Source: an uncultured virus (IMG/VR IMGVR_UViG_3300009164_000061) (lineage: Duplodnaviria; Heunggongvirae; Uroviricota; Caudoviricetes). From it: a stretch of DNA of 64,000 bases. A model generated the notes under the pieces. The model saw only the letters and a program-made list of their open reading frames with translations, had not been told where the DNA came from and did no database searches. Below are positions 21,439 through 30,929 of the stretch, piece after piece. The DNA lies in the IMG/VR virus record IMGVR_UViG_3300009164_000061, positions 1 through 64,000 of that record, one strand, 5' to 3'. Position numbers and translations under genes: made by a program. Position 1 is the stretch's first letter; every line of letters starts with the position of its first letter.

Positions 21439-22467
21439 ATGGCAGAAGACACTAACACTCCGATTGTGGAGGATGAAGCATTGGCCTTTTTAGAAAAGGA
21501 AGATGCAAAGTACGGCAAAAATACAAATGGACAAATCAATTCTAAACCAGTTGAACCAGGTTCTTCAATAAACAGTTTAGGTCAAGCAATTTCACTTCAA
21601 CCTATTTCAACTGTTTCTGGCGCAAACGATAATTATTGGAAAAATATTCCATTAGAGAATTTGCCATCGAAGGGTATGTTCTATGCAGACGGTTCAGAAT
21701 TAACAATTAGAGCAGCAACTGTTTCTGAAATCAGACAATGGTCTACTATTGATGAGTCTGACGTATTGGACATTGATGATAAATTAAATTTTATTATTGA
21801 AAAGTGTACCAGATTTAAAATTAAAGGTGGTCAATCTTGGTTAACTTGGAGAGATATTGTTGAAGTCGATCGTCTCTATATTATTTTTATAATCCATGAA
21901 ATTACTTTTCCTGAAGGACAAAATGAACTTTCCACAAAAATGGAGTGTACTCAAACCTGTTCTGAAGACGGCGGTTGGTCAGATGATGTTAAAGTTAAGA
22001 GTACTATGTTACAGTTATTTGAAATGCCTGAAGAAATTAACCAATGGTATTCTGCGCAATATCGCTGTTTTGAAGTAGTTTCTCCAAAATTAAATGAGAC
22101 TTTTTATTTGTATATGCCAACCCTTGGTGTAATTGAAAGACTTCGTAAACGAATTTCTGAAGCTAAAGCCCAGGGTAAAACAATCGATAAGTCATTTATT
22201 AAAATTGCGCCTTATCTTGTACAGGATTGGTCTAAATTTGGTCAACCTGAATATGCATCAATTCAATCTGAAACCTTTGGCTGGCACCTTAACAAATTTA
22301 CATTTGTTACTAAGTTTGCTGAACTAATGCAAGGTTCAAGAGAAAGTGCCCTAACTACTGTCTGCCCTAAATGTGGATCAATATTATCCAGTTCAATTTT
22401 TTCGTCAGACAGCTTCACGATCAAAGATCTTTTCCTTATTTCAGGTAGACTTAATGAACTTATTTGA
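21439..22467 (+). CDS. Baseplate hub assembly / tail assembly chaperone (T4 gp26-like)
   Basis: LPSKGMFY, IRAATVSE, DRLYIIFII, C-terminal CPKCG. Confidence 0.65.
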   Translation: MAEDTNTPIVEDEALAFLEKEDAKYGKNTNGQINSKPVEPGSSINSLGQAISLQPISTVSGANDNYWKNIPLENLPSKGMFYADGSELTIRAATVSEIRQWSTIDESDVLDIDDKLNFIIEKCTRFKIKGGQSWLTWRDIVEVDRLYIIFIIHEITFPEGQNELSTKMECTQTCSEDGGWSDDVKVKSTMLQLFEMPEEINQWYSAQYRCFEVVSPKLNETFYLYMPTLGVIERLRKRISEAKAQGKTIDKSFIKIAPYLVQDWSKFGQPEYASIQSETFGWHLNKFTFVTKFAELMQGSRESALTTVCPKCGSILSSSIFSSDSFTIKDLFLISGRLNELI

Positions 22468-22624
22468 GACTAACCGTCTCTTGGCCGTGAAGCTGAACCA
22501 ATCGATCAACGAACTTTATTCATTACCATTATATGAATATTTAAGTTACGTTAAATTTTTAGTAAATGAATCTGGTGAAAATAACCAGCAAACTTTTGAA
22601 ATTCAGACTGGACTTGATGATTAA
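22454..22624 (+). CDS. Small tail/baseplate assembly protein
   Basis: LAVKLNQSINELYSLPLYEY resembles short chaperones that follow gp26-like genes. Confidence 0.5.
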   Translation: MNLFETNRLLAVKLNQSINELYSLPLYEYLSYVKFLVNESGENNQQTFEIQTGLDD

Positions 22625-22674
22625 CTCTCTCAAGTCCTTCTTTTTTTAATAAATAACCAAAAGGATTAATTATT

Positions 22675-23832
22675 TTGGAAAACTACAAAGATATTGACTA
22701 TTCTGGTACTGATTCTGCATCCAATGCAGTTAGTAATGGTTTTGTTTTGGAAATAGCTGCTCTTTCTAAGAACGATAAGCTAAGAATACCAATTAGTGAA
22801 ATTACGTTAAATGCTGAAGTATTAAGAAAGGCTACTGACTATCAAGTTGAACCAGTAATTAAATCAACTCAAATTGAACAGCCTTCTCTAAAACCAGTAG
22901 ATGAGCCTAAATTAACCTCGCCTCAACCCCTTAGCTCAATTGCTGCAACTACTGGAAAAGTTACAGACTCAGCAATTGCTCCAGCTATCCAAATACCTGG
23001 GCAACCTGCGTCAATTACAAATACTGCAATTACTAACAATATTACTAATGCTAAATCAGAGTCGGCTGATAATTCAAATAATATAGTAAATTTAACAAAG
23101 GTGTTAAAGGACTCTATTTTAGAAAAGACCGCTAGCTCAACTTCTGTATCTGATTCTACCAGTAAAATGCTTGAGACTCTGATGGGTGTACCCAACTCAG
23201 TAAGCAAAGATGAAATACCTGCAATTAATCAGAACTCAAAGATTTTAACTTCGGTAAATAAAATAAAGGAATCAATTAATTCTAAGATTTCAAATATCCT
23301 TAAATCGACAGTAGATAATCAATCAACCTCAACTAAAGAAGATGAGCAGACCAAGATAAATGAGTCAATGCTAAATACTTTACTGGGAATACCTTCCACT
23401 TCTGAAAAAAATACAATCACTGATAAAACTACAACTACTGAAACTAATACCAAGAATTCAGTTAATGTAAAATCAAATAAGTTAGTTGAATCAGCGAGTG
23501 TAAAGAAATTATTGGAACCTGATAAAACATTAGAAAATAGTGTAGGTAAACTATCAAAAGATTTACCAGCTGCGGTAAATAACCTAAGTTCATCAGTTAC
23601 CTCGATGAATCCCCAAACAAGTTCATCAAGCTCAGTTACTAATGAAGGTACTAAAATTGATCAAAGTTCAAAGACTGTAATTAATCAAATGGCTGGACAA
23701 ACCAACCAACCGGAACAAATTTCTCAACCCAAGAACTTAGCTCAATCTCCACAAAGTAGCGATTTTTATATACAGGGAATTTATGCGGCTCTTATGTCTG
23801 GCAAAATCAAAGTAAAACTTGAATATCAATAA
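22675..23832 (+). CDS. Ser/Thr/Asn-rich low-complexity protein
   Basis: 385-aa ORF with TTG start after ATAAATAA. Confidence 0.6.
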   Translation: MENYKDIDYSGTDSASNAVSNGFVLEIAALSKNDKLRIPISEITLNAEVLRKATDYQVEPVIKSTQIEQPSLKPVDEPKLTSPQPLSSIAATTGKVTDSAIAPAIQIPGQPASITNTAITNNITNAKSESADNSNNIVNLTKVLKDSILEKTASSTSVSDSTSKMLETLMGVPNSVSKDEIPAINQNSKILTSVNKIKESINSKISNILKSTVDNQSTSTKEDEQTKINESMLNTLLGIPSTSEKNTITDKTTTTETNTKNSVNVKSNKLVESASVKKLLEPDKTLENSVGKLSKDLPAAVNNLSSSVTSMNPQTSSSSSVTNEGTKIDQSSKTVINQMAGQTNQPEQISQPKNLAQSPQSSDFYIQGIYAALMSGKIKVKLEYQ

Positions 23833-24062
23833 TGGAATATTTAACTGAAATAAAAGAAATCGTAACTGAATACGATAAAATAAATGCCGGCTTATCTGAA
23901 TTAGAGAAAATGGCAAATCTATTAGAGGTTAGAAAGAACGAGTTAATACATGCACTAGACTCTAACCGACTAAAGGAGAAAGCCCTAATAGATAAAATAG
24001 TAGAGGAAACTGGCAAAGCCCCTGATTATTATAAAATTATGCTGAACTTGAATGAACATTAG
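23832..24062 (+). CDS. Hypothetical coiled-coil protein
   Basis: 76-aa ORF, translationally coupled. Confidence 0.6.
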   Translation: MEYLTEIKEIVTEYDKINAGLSELEKMANLLEVRKNELIHALDSNRLKEKALIDKIVEETGKAPDYYKIMLNLNEH

Positions 24063-24684
24063 GAACTTACTTAAGCTTGACTTTAAAACATTAGCGATAA
24101 TTGTATTAATTATCATTATTATATTAATGAGAGCATGTGATGGTACTGGGGTTAAATCAGTAGATATAATTAAAGTGGATGGTAAAAAATACGAATTACT
24201 TAAGCATACAATTGATACTGTATACATACCAAAGGATACAATAGTTTATAAAAAGGGTAAAGATATTTACCATGAAAAACCCGTATACATTAAACTTCCT
24301 CTATCAATTGATACGATTGCCGTGCTTAATGACTACTATTCAAAAAAGGTTTATATTGATACATTACGGTTAGCAGATTCATTAGGCTACATTATAGTTA
24401 ATGATACCGTTTCTCAAAATTCAGTATTGGGAAGAATGTGGAAGGCCCAAGTAAATAAAATCAAAATTAAGGAAACTGTAATAGTTAAAGAACTTCCTAA
24501 AAATCAAGTATATATTGGTTTGAGTGGAGGTTTTGATAAAATAAATGTAGTTAATTTTATTGGCCCATCAATATTATTAAAAACAAAAAGTGATAAAATA
24601 TACAGCATAGGAGTTGGCTACTCTGCTAGTAAAACACTCTCAATTCAAGGAAGTATTTACTGGAAAATTAAGCTAAAGAAATAA
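24052..24684 (+). CDS. Membrane-anchored protein (possible lysis/spanin-like)
   Basis: N-terminal TM, DTVY/DTIV repeats, C-terminal amphipathic beta strands ending YWKI. Confidence 0.5.
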   Translation: MNIRNLLKLDFKTLAIIVLIIIIILMRACDGTGVKSVDIIKVDGKKYELLKHTIDTVYIPKDTIVYKKGKDIYHEKPVYIKLPLSIDTIAVLNDYYSKKVYIDTLRLADSLGYIIVNDTVSQNSVLGRMWKAQVNKIKIKETVIVKELPKNQVYIGLSGGFDKINVVNFIGPSILLKTKSDKIYSIGVGYSASKTLSIQGSIYWKIKLKK

Positions 24685-24696
24685 CAATTAAAAACA

Positions 24697-26640
24697 ATGA
24701 CTTCTAGATTTGTAACCCTATCTGACTATTGCATATTAGAGTTTATGATGACTCCGCTTGGGGATCCTTCTCCTAATATCGTTAATTCTGATTACTATTT
24801 TGTTAAGAATAATAATGTAGATCTCTATCAGATTTATAATACAGATGCAGATGCAGCAGCTACTAAAAATGCTAGAGGTTCAAGTGTTGTACCAATTGGA
24901 GAATCTAGATTTGTTAAAGTTGACCTAACATCAAATCCAATATATACTGCATACGATCCAAATATTATAGAATCTAGCGTATCTCCAAGTTTATCAAGTG
25001 CGCTAGTTATGGACACTATGCGATTCCATTTTGCTTCTGGATTTAATTTTACAGAGGTTGAAAATATTGTAGTTGGCGCAAGAGTAAAACTAAATAATTT
25101 AAAACAACTCCAAACAGCAAATGTTTTAATTAATGCCGAATCATATCAAGAGCTTTTAACCTTCAACACTAGACCTCTATTTTTAGCAAATACTATTTAT
25201 GATAAGTATGTTGATATTAAAGTTCCAAACTCTGCCTATCTAGATGCTGACTTCGCTCAATTCGGAATAGATTCATTTGAATCGGTTGTAACTGAAGGAA
25301 CTGGTTTAATTGCAGGTTCTCCAATTACCGTATCTCTAGCTGAAGTAAGTTATGAACCGTATTATGCAGATAACGGCGAAATTTATAATTTATATCGAGT
25401 TGTTTCTTATTTTGAAGGTTCAGTTCCTCAAACTAACGAATTTGATAGTTTAGGCGCAGTTATTCAAGAAGCAACAGACGGCGACTATATTGAATTTTTT
25501 GCAACATGGAATGGAGCATTTCCGGATCAATTAATTTCAACTCTCGATTCTCAAGGTTCAGGAAATGATTGGATCTTTGTACACCAACTTCAAGTATACG
25601 AGCAAATTGGCGGTAATGTAGTACCTTCTGGTAATTTTCTAGTATATCAAGAAGAGAATTTTGATGTACCTTTAAGTTATAGGCCTATTTTAAAAGAAGC
25701 CGGCTTTGCCGTATCCATGTCAATTGACTATACTCTTAGGCTCTTAAATAAAAATACTGGAGATCAAGTTATTCGAACTGGCTCTATGAGCTTGTTTAAT
25801 CCTAATAAGTACGGTAAACACTTGGCAAAACTTCAATTAGCTGAAGCTCCCCAATCATTAAAGGTATACAACAAAATTGTTCAAAAAAGTATTGATATTA
25901 CTAACTTATTTACTGGTAAAAAATTAGCACCAGTAGCGGCAGCCGGCGCTGCACCAGGTACTATTACCTATATTGATAGACCTGTGCAAGTAGCCGTTCC
26001 AACTTTTTATAAACAGGCAAATATCCGAATAAGTCAAAAGAATGCACTATTAAGAGCAACCGACGGTTCAGCTGAATTAATTTATGGACAAGGCGAATTA
26101 ATTATACCAATAGACCCAACTGATAATTTTATAAAGATTGGGGTATATGAAGAGAACGTTTTGAACCCAGGCACTCAAACTCCAGCTAATCTAAATAATA
26201 ATTCAAAGTTTGTCCTTAATTTCGGGTCAGATGCAAAATATTCATATTCGTCATTAGTTGACCCAGCATTTGAAAACCCTAGCCAAGGTCAAATTGCATT
26301 TAGAATACCTAAGGATCAAGCTAGAAAGATTTTGGACCTAACTGACCAAATGATGTATATATCATTAATTGCAGAAGATGGTACCGAAACTCTTTTATAT
26401 ACTGGTAAATGGTTACCATCTAGCGACTATGCAAATATTTTAAAAGCTACAGAGGCTGCAAAAAATGCACTACTTAATGATCCAGCAATAACAATTGCTG
26501 GTTTAAATACAACCATTCAAACCTTAATATCTGAAAATGATAATTTAAGAGCACGATTGGCGTCCGGTATAAAAATAGCAGCTGATAGCCCAATGCGAGA
26601 GGACCGCGTTCAAAATATAAATCTGATAGCTGGTATATAA
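24697..26640 (+). CDS. Hypothetical structural protein
   Basis: 647-aa ORF in a late gene block. Confidence 0.65.
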   Translation: MTSRFVTLSDYCILEFMMTPLGDPSPNIVNSDYYFVKNNNVDLYQIYNTDADAAATKNARGSSVVPIGESRFVKVDLTSNPIYTAYDPNIIESSVSPSLSSALVMDTMRFHFASGFNFTEVENIVVGARVKLNNLKQLQTANVLINAESYQELLTFNTRPLFLANTIYDKYVDIKVPNSAYLDADFAQFGIDSFESVVTEGTGLIAGSPITVSLAEVSYEPYYADNGEIYNLYRVVSYFEGSVPQTNEFDSLGAVIQEATDGDYIEFFATWNGAFPDQLISTLDSQGSGNDWIFVHQLQVYEQIGGNVVPSGNFLVYQEENFDVPLSYRPILKEAGFAVSMSIDYTLRLLNKNTGDQVIRTGSMSLFNPNKYGKHLAKLQLAEAPQSLKVYNKIVQKSIDITNLFTGKKLAPVAAAGAAPGTITYIDRPVQVAVPTFYKQANIRISQKNALLRATDGSAELIYGQGELIIPIDPTDNFIKIGVYEENVLNPGTQTPANLNNNSKFVLNFGSDAKYSYSSLVDPAFENPSQGQIAFRIPKDQARKILDLTDQMMYISLIAEDGTETLLYTGKWLPSSDYANILKATEAAKNALLNDPAITIAGLNTTIQTLISENDNLRARLASGIKIAADSPMREDRVQNINLIAGI

Positions 26641-26687
26641 AGTATCAACCGATATTCGTAAATTTCATTAAATTAAACCGAGTTAAG

Positions 26688-26744
26688 ATAAATAACTGTA
26701 CAAGTACCAGATAAATAAATTTAGCAACAAAAGCTGATAAATAA
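26688..26744 (+). promoter_or_regulatory. Three tandem GATAAATAA late-promoter-like motifs
   Basis: ATAAATAA at 26688, 26711 and 26737, upstream of ATG 26765. Confidence 0.6.
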
Positions 26745-26764
26745 TAAAAAAGACAAACGTTTCA

Positions 26765-28303
26765 ATGAACGGTCTCATACAAGAACTAACTAACGAGCTC
26801 AAAAATAATTCGAGCATAAGCTCTAATATCGCCGCAAAGGTCGTATTAGAATCAATTAATAACTCATTACTTTTGGGAGTTTCTCCTGATCAAATTTTAG
26901 AAAATTCTCTAAACACATTAGAGCAATTTGCTAATGAACTAGTAAACGAAAATCTTAAAGAAGTAGTTGCTAAATTCAAAAAGATGGCGGACAAACCAAC
27001 TAAGCGTCTTCAAAATATGGCTAGCGAAGCAGGTCTTTCTTTAAAACTTAAAGCTTTAAAGGAAAGCGAAATTTATGCAGATCCTGTAGTTAAACACACA
27101 GTTGCTCGACTAGAAGAAGCAGTTGCATCAATGCCAGAATATAGAGCACTAACCTTCTTTTTTAATGGGTTATCTAAATTCTCTTATGATAAGACAGTTT
27201 CAACTATTTTAGAATCTCTTATTGAATACGTAAATACTAATTCGGTAAAACTTGAAATCTTAAACTCAATTTATGAAATGCGAGTTACTGGTGCAATTCT
27301 TTATAAGGACGCATGTGCTTTACTAGAAGAGGCTCTACTTGAAAATATTGAAACTGCTGATTCATTAAAAATGAAATTGCGTTCACACTCTCAATTGCCG
27401 GTAGTTAATCAATTGATTAACAAAATTAGCATGTTAGAGTCAAAAACTACTGGCGGCTTTAATTTAGGAATTGGCAATAGTGATTCACAAGTAAAACCAA
27501 TTATTGCACCATTCTATAAAATTAGCGAAAGCGATGCAATCGTTTTTGTTGATAACAAATTTATCAAAGTATCTGAAGATTCAGATCCATCTCAAATGGC
27601 AGCTGAAGAAGTTAAAGAATTTCCAGAGTTTTTTGAAACTTGTGAAGCTTTTGCAACTTTAAATTTTAAAGAACACAGCACTGAACTAGTGGCTAAATGT
27701 AGAAATTTAACCGTATCATTTGGTATTAATGAAAACGGTACTCTAAATTTAAAAATCAATAACTCAATTATTGAAAATATTAACAATATTAAATTGTCTG
27801 AGATTTTCTTAATGGAAACAATTGAAACCCGTAATGCTCTTTCTAAATTGTTTAATAATTTAGATCTAGTTGTTAATCTTGAGTTTGGAAAAACCATTAT
27901 TAATGAAAGACTTGGAAGAGATTCAATTGTTCTTAACTTAGGTGAAGATATTTTTGTATTTGAAAAACTTGGAGAAACCAGAATTGTTAAGAAAATGAAA
28001 GGTTTAACTTTCCATAGCTATGTTATGGAGAACTTTAAATACGATATTAGCGAAATGTACTCAATTGAATTAGAAGAGAGAGACGCTAATATTAAAGCAT
28101 TTGATATTGAAAAGAAAACAATTGAAGAAAATCTTGCTAAATTAGAAGCATCTATTTCTCAAATTGAAGAAGCTCTATCTGACTCTAGCCTTACTGCTGA
28201 ATATCAAGAAAAATTAACTGAACTTAAAGTATCTATCGAGAAAAACGTAAATGCTCTTAAAAGTCAGTATATTGTAGTTGATCAATCCAAAAAAAAAGCT
28301 TAA
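26765..28303 (+). CDS. Helical/coiled-coil protein, possibly a prohead core/scaffold component
   Basis: 512 aa, Glu/Lys/Leu-rich, many [LI]xE sites, triple late promoter. Confidence 0.55.
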   Translation: MNGLIQELTNELKNNSSISSNIAAKVVLESINNSLLLGVSPDQILENSLNTLEQFANELVNENLKEVVAKFKKMADKPTKRLQNMASEAGLSLKLKALKESEIYADPVVKHTVARLEEAVASMPEYRALTFFFNGLSKFSYDKTVSTILESLIEYVNTNSVKLEILNSIYEMRVTGAILYKDACALLEEALLENIETADSLKMKLRSHSQLPVVNQLINKISMLESKTTGGFNLGIGNSDSQVKPIIAPFYKISESDAIVFVDNKFIKVSEDSDPSQMAAEEVKEFPEFFETCEAFATLNFKEHSTELVAKCRNLTVSFGINENGTLNLKINNSIIENINNIKLSEIFLMETIETRNALSKLFNNLDLVVNLEFGKTIINERLGRDSIVLNLGEDIFVFEKLGETRIVKKMKGLTFHSYVMENFKYDISEMYSIELEERDANIKAFDIEKKTIEENLAKLEASISQIEEALSDSSLTAEYQEKLTELKVSIEKNVNALKSQYIVVDQSKKKA

Positions 28304-28593
28304 GTGAGTCGGAAGATATTACTTTAGTTTCAGCTACTTCTTCTAAATACATAACTGGCCAAGAGGTCATGTTAAAATCAGGTCATACTGCCAAAATTAT
28401 TGGAGTTGATCCTATTACTAAAACTTATAAGATTATGGGCTCTGATAATAAAGTCCAATCAGTCAAATCTGATGAGATTGAAAAGGCTGAGCCTAGTCGA
28501 TATGACAATTATCAAACTGCTGGCCCTAATCCTGAAAATCCAGACGAACTTTTAATTAAACAAAAAGACGTTAACGTAGACCAAAGCTTATAA
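28297..28593 (+). CDS. -1 frame extension of the 26765 protein (includes listed ORF 28369..28593), SH3/KOW-like
   Basis: The -1 frame is open from the A9 run (28289-28297) through ATG 28369 to 28593. Confidence 0.55.
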   Translation, partial: SLSESEDITLVSATSSKYITGQEVMLKSGHTAKIIGVDPITKTYKIMGSDNKVQSVKSDEIEKAEPSRYDNYQTAGPNPENPDELLIKQKDVNVDQSL

Positions 28594-28628
28594 ACTGTAG
28601 TATAATTAGTCTAAATAAACATTTATAA

Positions 28629-29441
28629 ATGGCAGACGTATTATGCTCGATTGAAGAGGCTCGACAAAATGGAACCCTTCAGGTTTTTGAAAAGAAAACC
28701 AAATATCACGATTATCAATTTTTGGTTAGGTCTGAGGAAGAGATCAAATTTAATGTATCACAAAATATTTCAACTAAACCTACGGGTGGTGAATATTTTA
28801 AACCTCTATTCATACCGCACTATGCGCAAAATGGAGGTCCATTAAATCTTGAAGATCTAAATCATGAAGATACTTGGTTAGACGCAGGAGGCCATATTGG
28901 TATTTTTGCAACTCGTTTACTAACTCAATTTCCAAAAGTAAAGAAAGTCTATTCATATGAACCTTTCCATAATAACGTGGAGTTCCTAGAACAAAATGTT
29001 CAAATGAATGGCGTTCAAGATCGTTGTGAAATTATTGAAAAGGCAATTGTTGCAGACGATTCGTCTGAAGTAGAATTTTACCTATCTCAAGACTCTGGAA
29101 AGCACAGTGTGCATCACATTAGAGGTCGTCAGGTTACGACTGTACCTGCTGAGAATATAAACACTATTATTAAAGAAAAGGGTATCACAGCCATCAAGAT
29201 GGACATTGAAGGATTAGAATACGATATGATTAAGGCACTAAACCAAGAAAGCCTAGATCAAATCAGACTTTTTATTGTTGAATACCATTTTCATTATAGT
29301 TGGTTATTGGAAAATCGCTCAGCTAAATTTACTGAAATCCTTGATATTTTTAGAGCAAACTTTGGGCAATTATTTGTTAATCCACGTACAATAAATGGAA
29401 AGCATTTTATTACTCATTTTGCCGGCTTTAAAAATGTGTAA
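28629..29441 (+). CDS. FkbM-family methyltransferase
   Basis: WLDAGGHIGIF, SYEP, IKMDIEGLE, VEYH. Confidence 0.85.
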   Translation: MADVLCSIEEARQNGTLQVFEKKTKYHDYQFLVRSEEEIKFNVSQNISTKPTGGEYFKPLFIPHYAQNGGPLNLEDLNHEDTWLDAGGHIGIFATRLLTQFPKVKKVYSYEPFHNNVEFLEQNVQMNGVQDRCEIIEKAIVADDSSEVEFYLSQDSGKHSVHHIRGRQVTTVPAENINTIIKEKGITAIKMDIEGLEYDMIKALNQESLDQIRLFIVEYHFHYSWLLENRSAKFTEILDIFRANFGQLFVNPRTINGKHFITHFAGFKNV

Positions 29442-29861
29442 ATGAGCCCATTTGAATTACTTCAAGAGATTTATCATGGTGACCCATGGAAATCTCAAGT
29501 TTGTTGCATTCTCTTAAATTGTACTAGACGAGTACAAGTGGACGGAATTAGATCTGAACTCTTCGATAAGTATCCAACGGCGGCAATGATGTCGCAGGCA
29601 GATCCTCAAGAATTAGCAGAACTACTTCGTCCACTTGGTTTTTATAATCGTCGAGCCAAATCATTAATCCGATTTAGCACTGAATGGATTGATCGCGATT
29701 GGAAACATCCTAGGGAACTATATGGAATTGGTCAATATGCTGCAGATTCTTGGGATATTTTTTACAATAATAGACTTGACATAGAACCAAATGACGGAGT
29801 TCTAGTAAAATACGTATTATGGAAAAGAAAAAAGCACTCTATGCATATTTTGGCGAACTAG
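29442..29861 (+). CDS. HhH-GPD DNA glycosylase, MBD4 catalytic-domain-like
   Basis: DPWK...CILLNCT, LRPLGFYNRRA, LYGIGQYAADSWDIF. Confidence 0.8.
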   Translation: MSPFELLQEIYHGDPWKSQVCCILLNCTRRVQVDGIRSELFDKYPTAAMMSQADPQELAELLRPLGFYNRRAKSLIRFSTEWIDRDWKHPRELYGIGQYAADSWDIFYNNRLDIEPNDGVLVKYVLWKRKKHSMHILAN

Positions 29862-30883
29862 GAATATTTAATGAAAATATTCCAGGACACACATTTTATC
29901 AATTAGGTTTATTAGATGAATTGGCTAATCAATATGAAATTGATAAATTTGATTTTGTAAATTATTTAGATACTGGAATGGTTAATCTCGCAAGTCGACC
30001 TAGCTTCCCAGACGATCAATTGGGCAAAGTATTTAATCAATTTGCAGATAAATTAATTGATAACTATAGATTACATCAATCCACAGTATTTGAGGCTATT
30101 AAAAATAAAGAATATTCAAAATTATTTTTAAAAGCTCGATTCCGTAATCTTTCCACACTTGAAAAGAAATTAAAGGATGCAGCTTATTTTGAAACCATTA
30201 TCTATATTGCGCTAGAGTCAGGTTATGAAGCAGCAGATATTGTTATATTAGATACAGATCTTTCATTATCACATGCGTTTCTTGTTAAATTAAATGAATT
30301 AGGCATTTCTATAGAGATTCCATCAATTACAATTCCAGGTTGTAGTAAAGGCTTTATGAATGCATGTTTAGACGTACACCAAGCCCATGCAAATAAAGTT
30401 TTAAATCATTTAATATATTATGGAAACCTATCATTTGATAATTACAAAGAAGGTCATTCCAAGAATCCAATAATTAATGACATTATTTCTGCAATTGATA
30501 GTACCTGTAAATTTGATGGAAGTTCATTTAATATGACAGTTGCGGCAAAGAGTACCTCAACGCTAGAAAGCTGGATTGATACAATGAACCGGGTTGCTCT
30601 TTGCCCAAGAGGAAATCGTGAAGCAATCTGGGTAGACATGCAAATGTCTCAAGTTTCAATAAATGTAAGCAAAGATCTCTATCTAAAAGAAAAGTTCATT
30701 CCAGCTAGAGTTTATGAATCTGTTATATTTGGAACAATTCCAGTTTCGTATAAAGATCCAAGATTTCATCCAGCCATGTCGTTTGATACAGTTGATGATT
30801 TCTTTGAGATTTGTAAATTTCTATCAGATTGTTCAACTGGTGACTATTTTAAAATATTACGCCAGATTGCGGATTCACTTTAA
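29819..30883 (+). CDS. GT-B glycosyltransferase resembling T4 DNA beta-glucosyltransferase
   Basis: ILDTDLSL, LIYYGN and KFIPARVYES parallel BGT LFTDIRL, VIYGGS and NFITLRVWET (recalled from memory); similar length. Confidence 0.55.
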   Translation: MEKKKALYAYFGELGIFNENIPGHTFYQLGLLDELANQYEIDKFDFVNYLDTGMVNLASRPSFPDDQLGKVFNQFADKLIDNYRLHQSTVFEAIKNKEYSKLFLKARFRNLSTLEKKLKDAAYFETIIYIALESGYEAADIVILDTDLSLSHAFLVKLNELGISIEIPSITIPGCSKGFMNACLDVHQAHANKVLNHLIYYGNLSFDNYKEGHSKNPIINDIISAIDSTCKFDGSSFNMTVAAKSTSTLESWIDTMNRVALCPRGNREAIWVDMQMSQVSINVSKDLYLKEKFIPARVYESVIFGTIPVSYKDPRFHPAMSFDTVDDFFEICKFLSDCSTGDYFKILRQIADSL

Positions 30884-30929
30884 TACCCGATCACTCGAAT
30901 AAATAATAAGAAATTACCATTACTACCTA

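Noticed and set aside
22373..22624. Lambda G/GT-style -1 frameshift from the gp26-like gene
   Set aside because: The downstream ORF is in the +1 frame and has its own ATG at 22454 overlapping the upstream gene end; the T6 run is weak evidence
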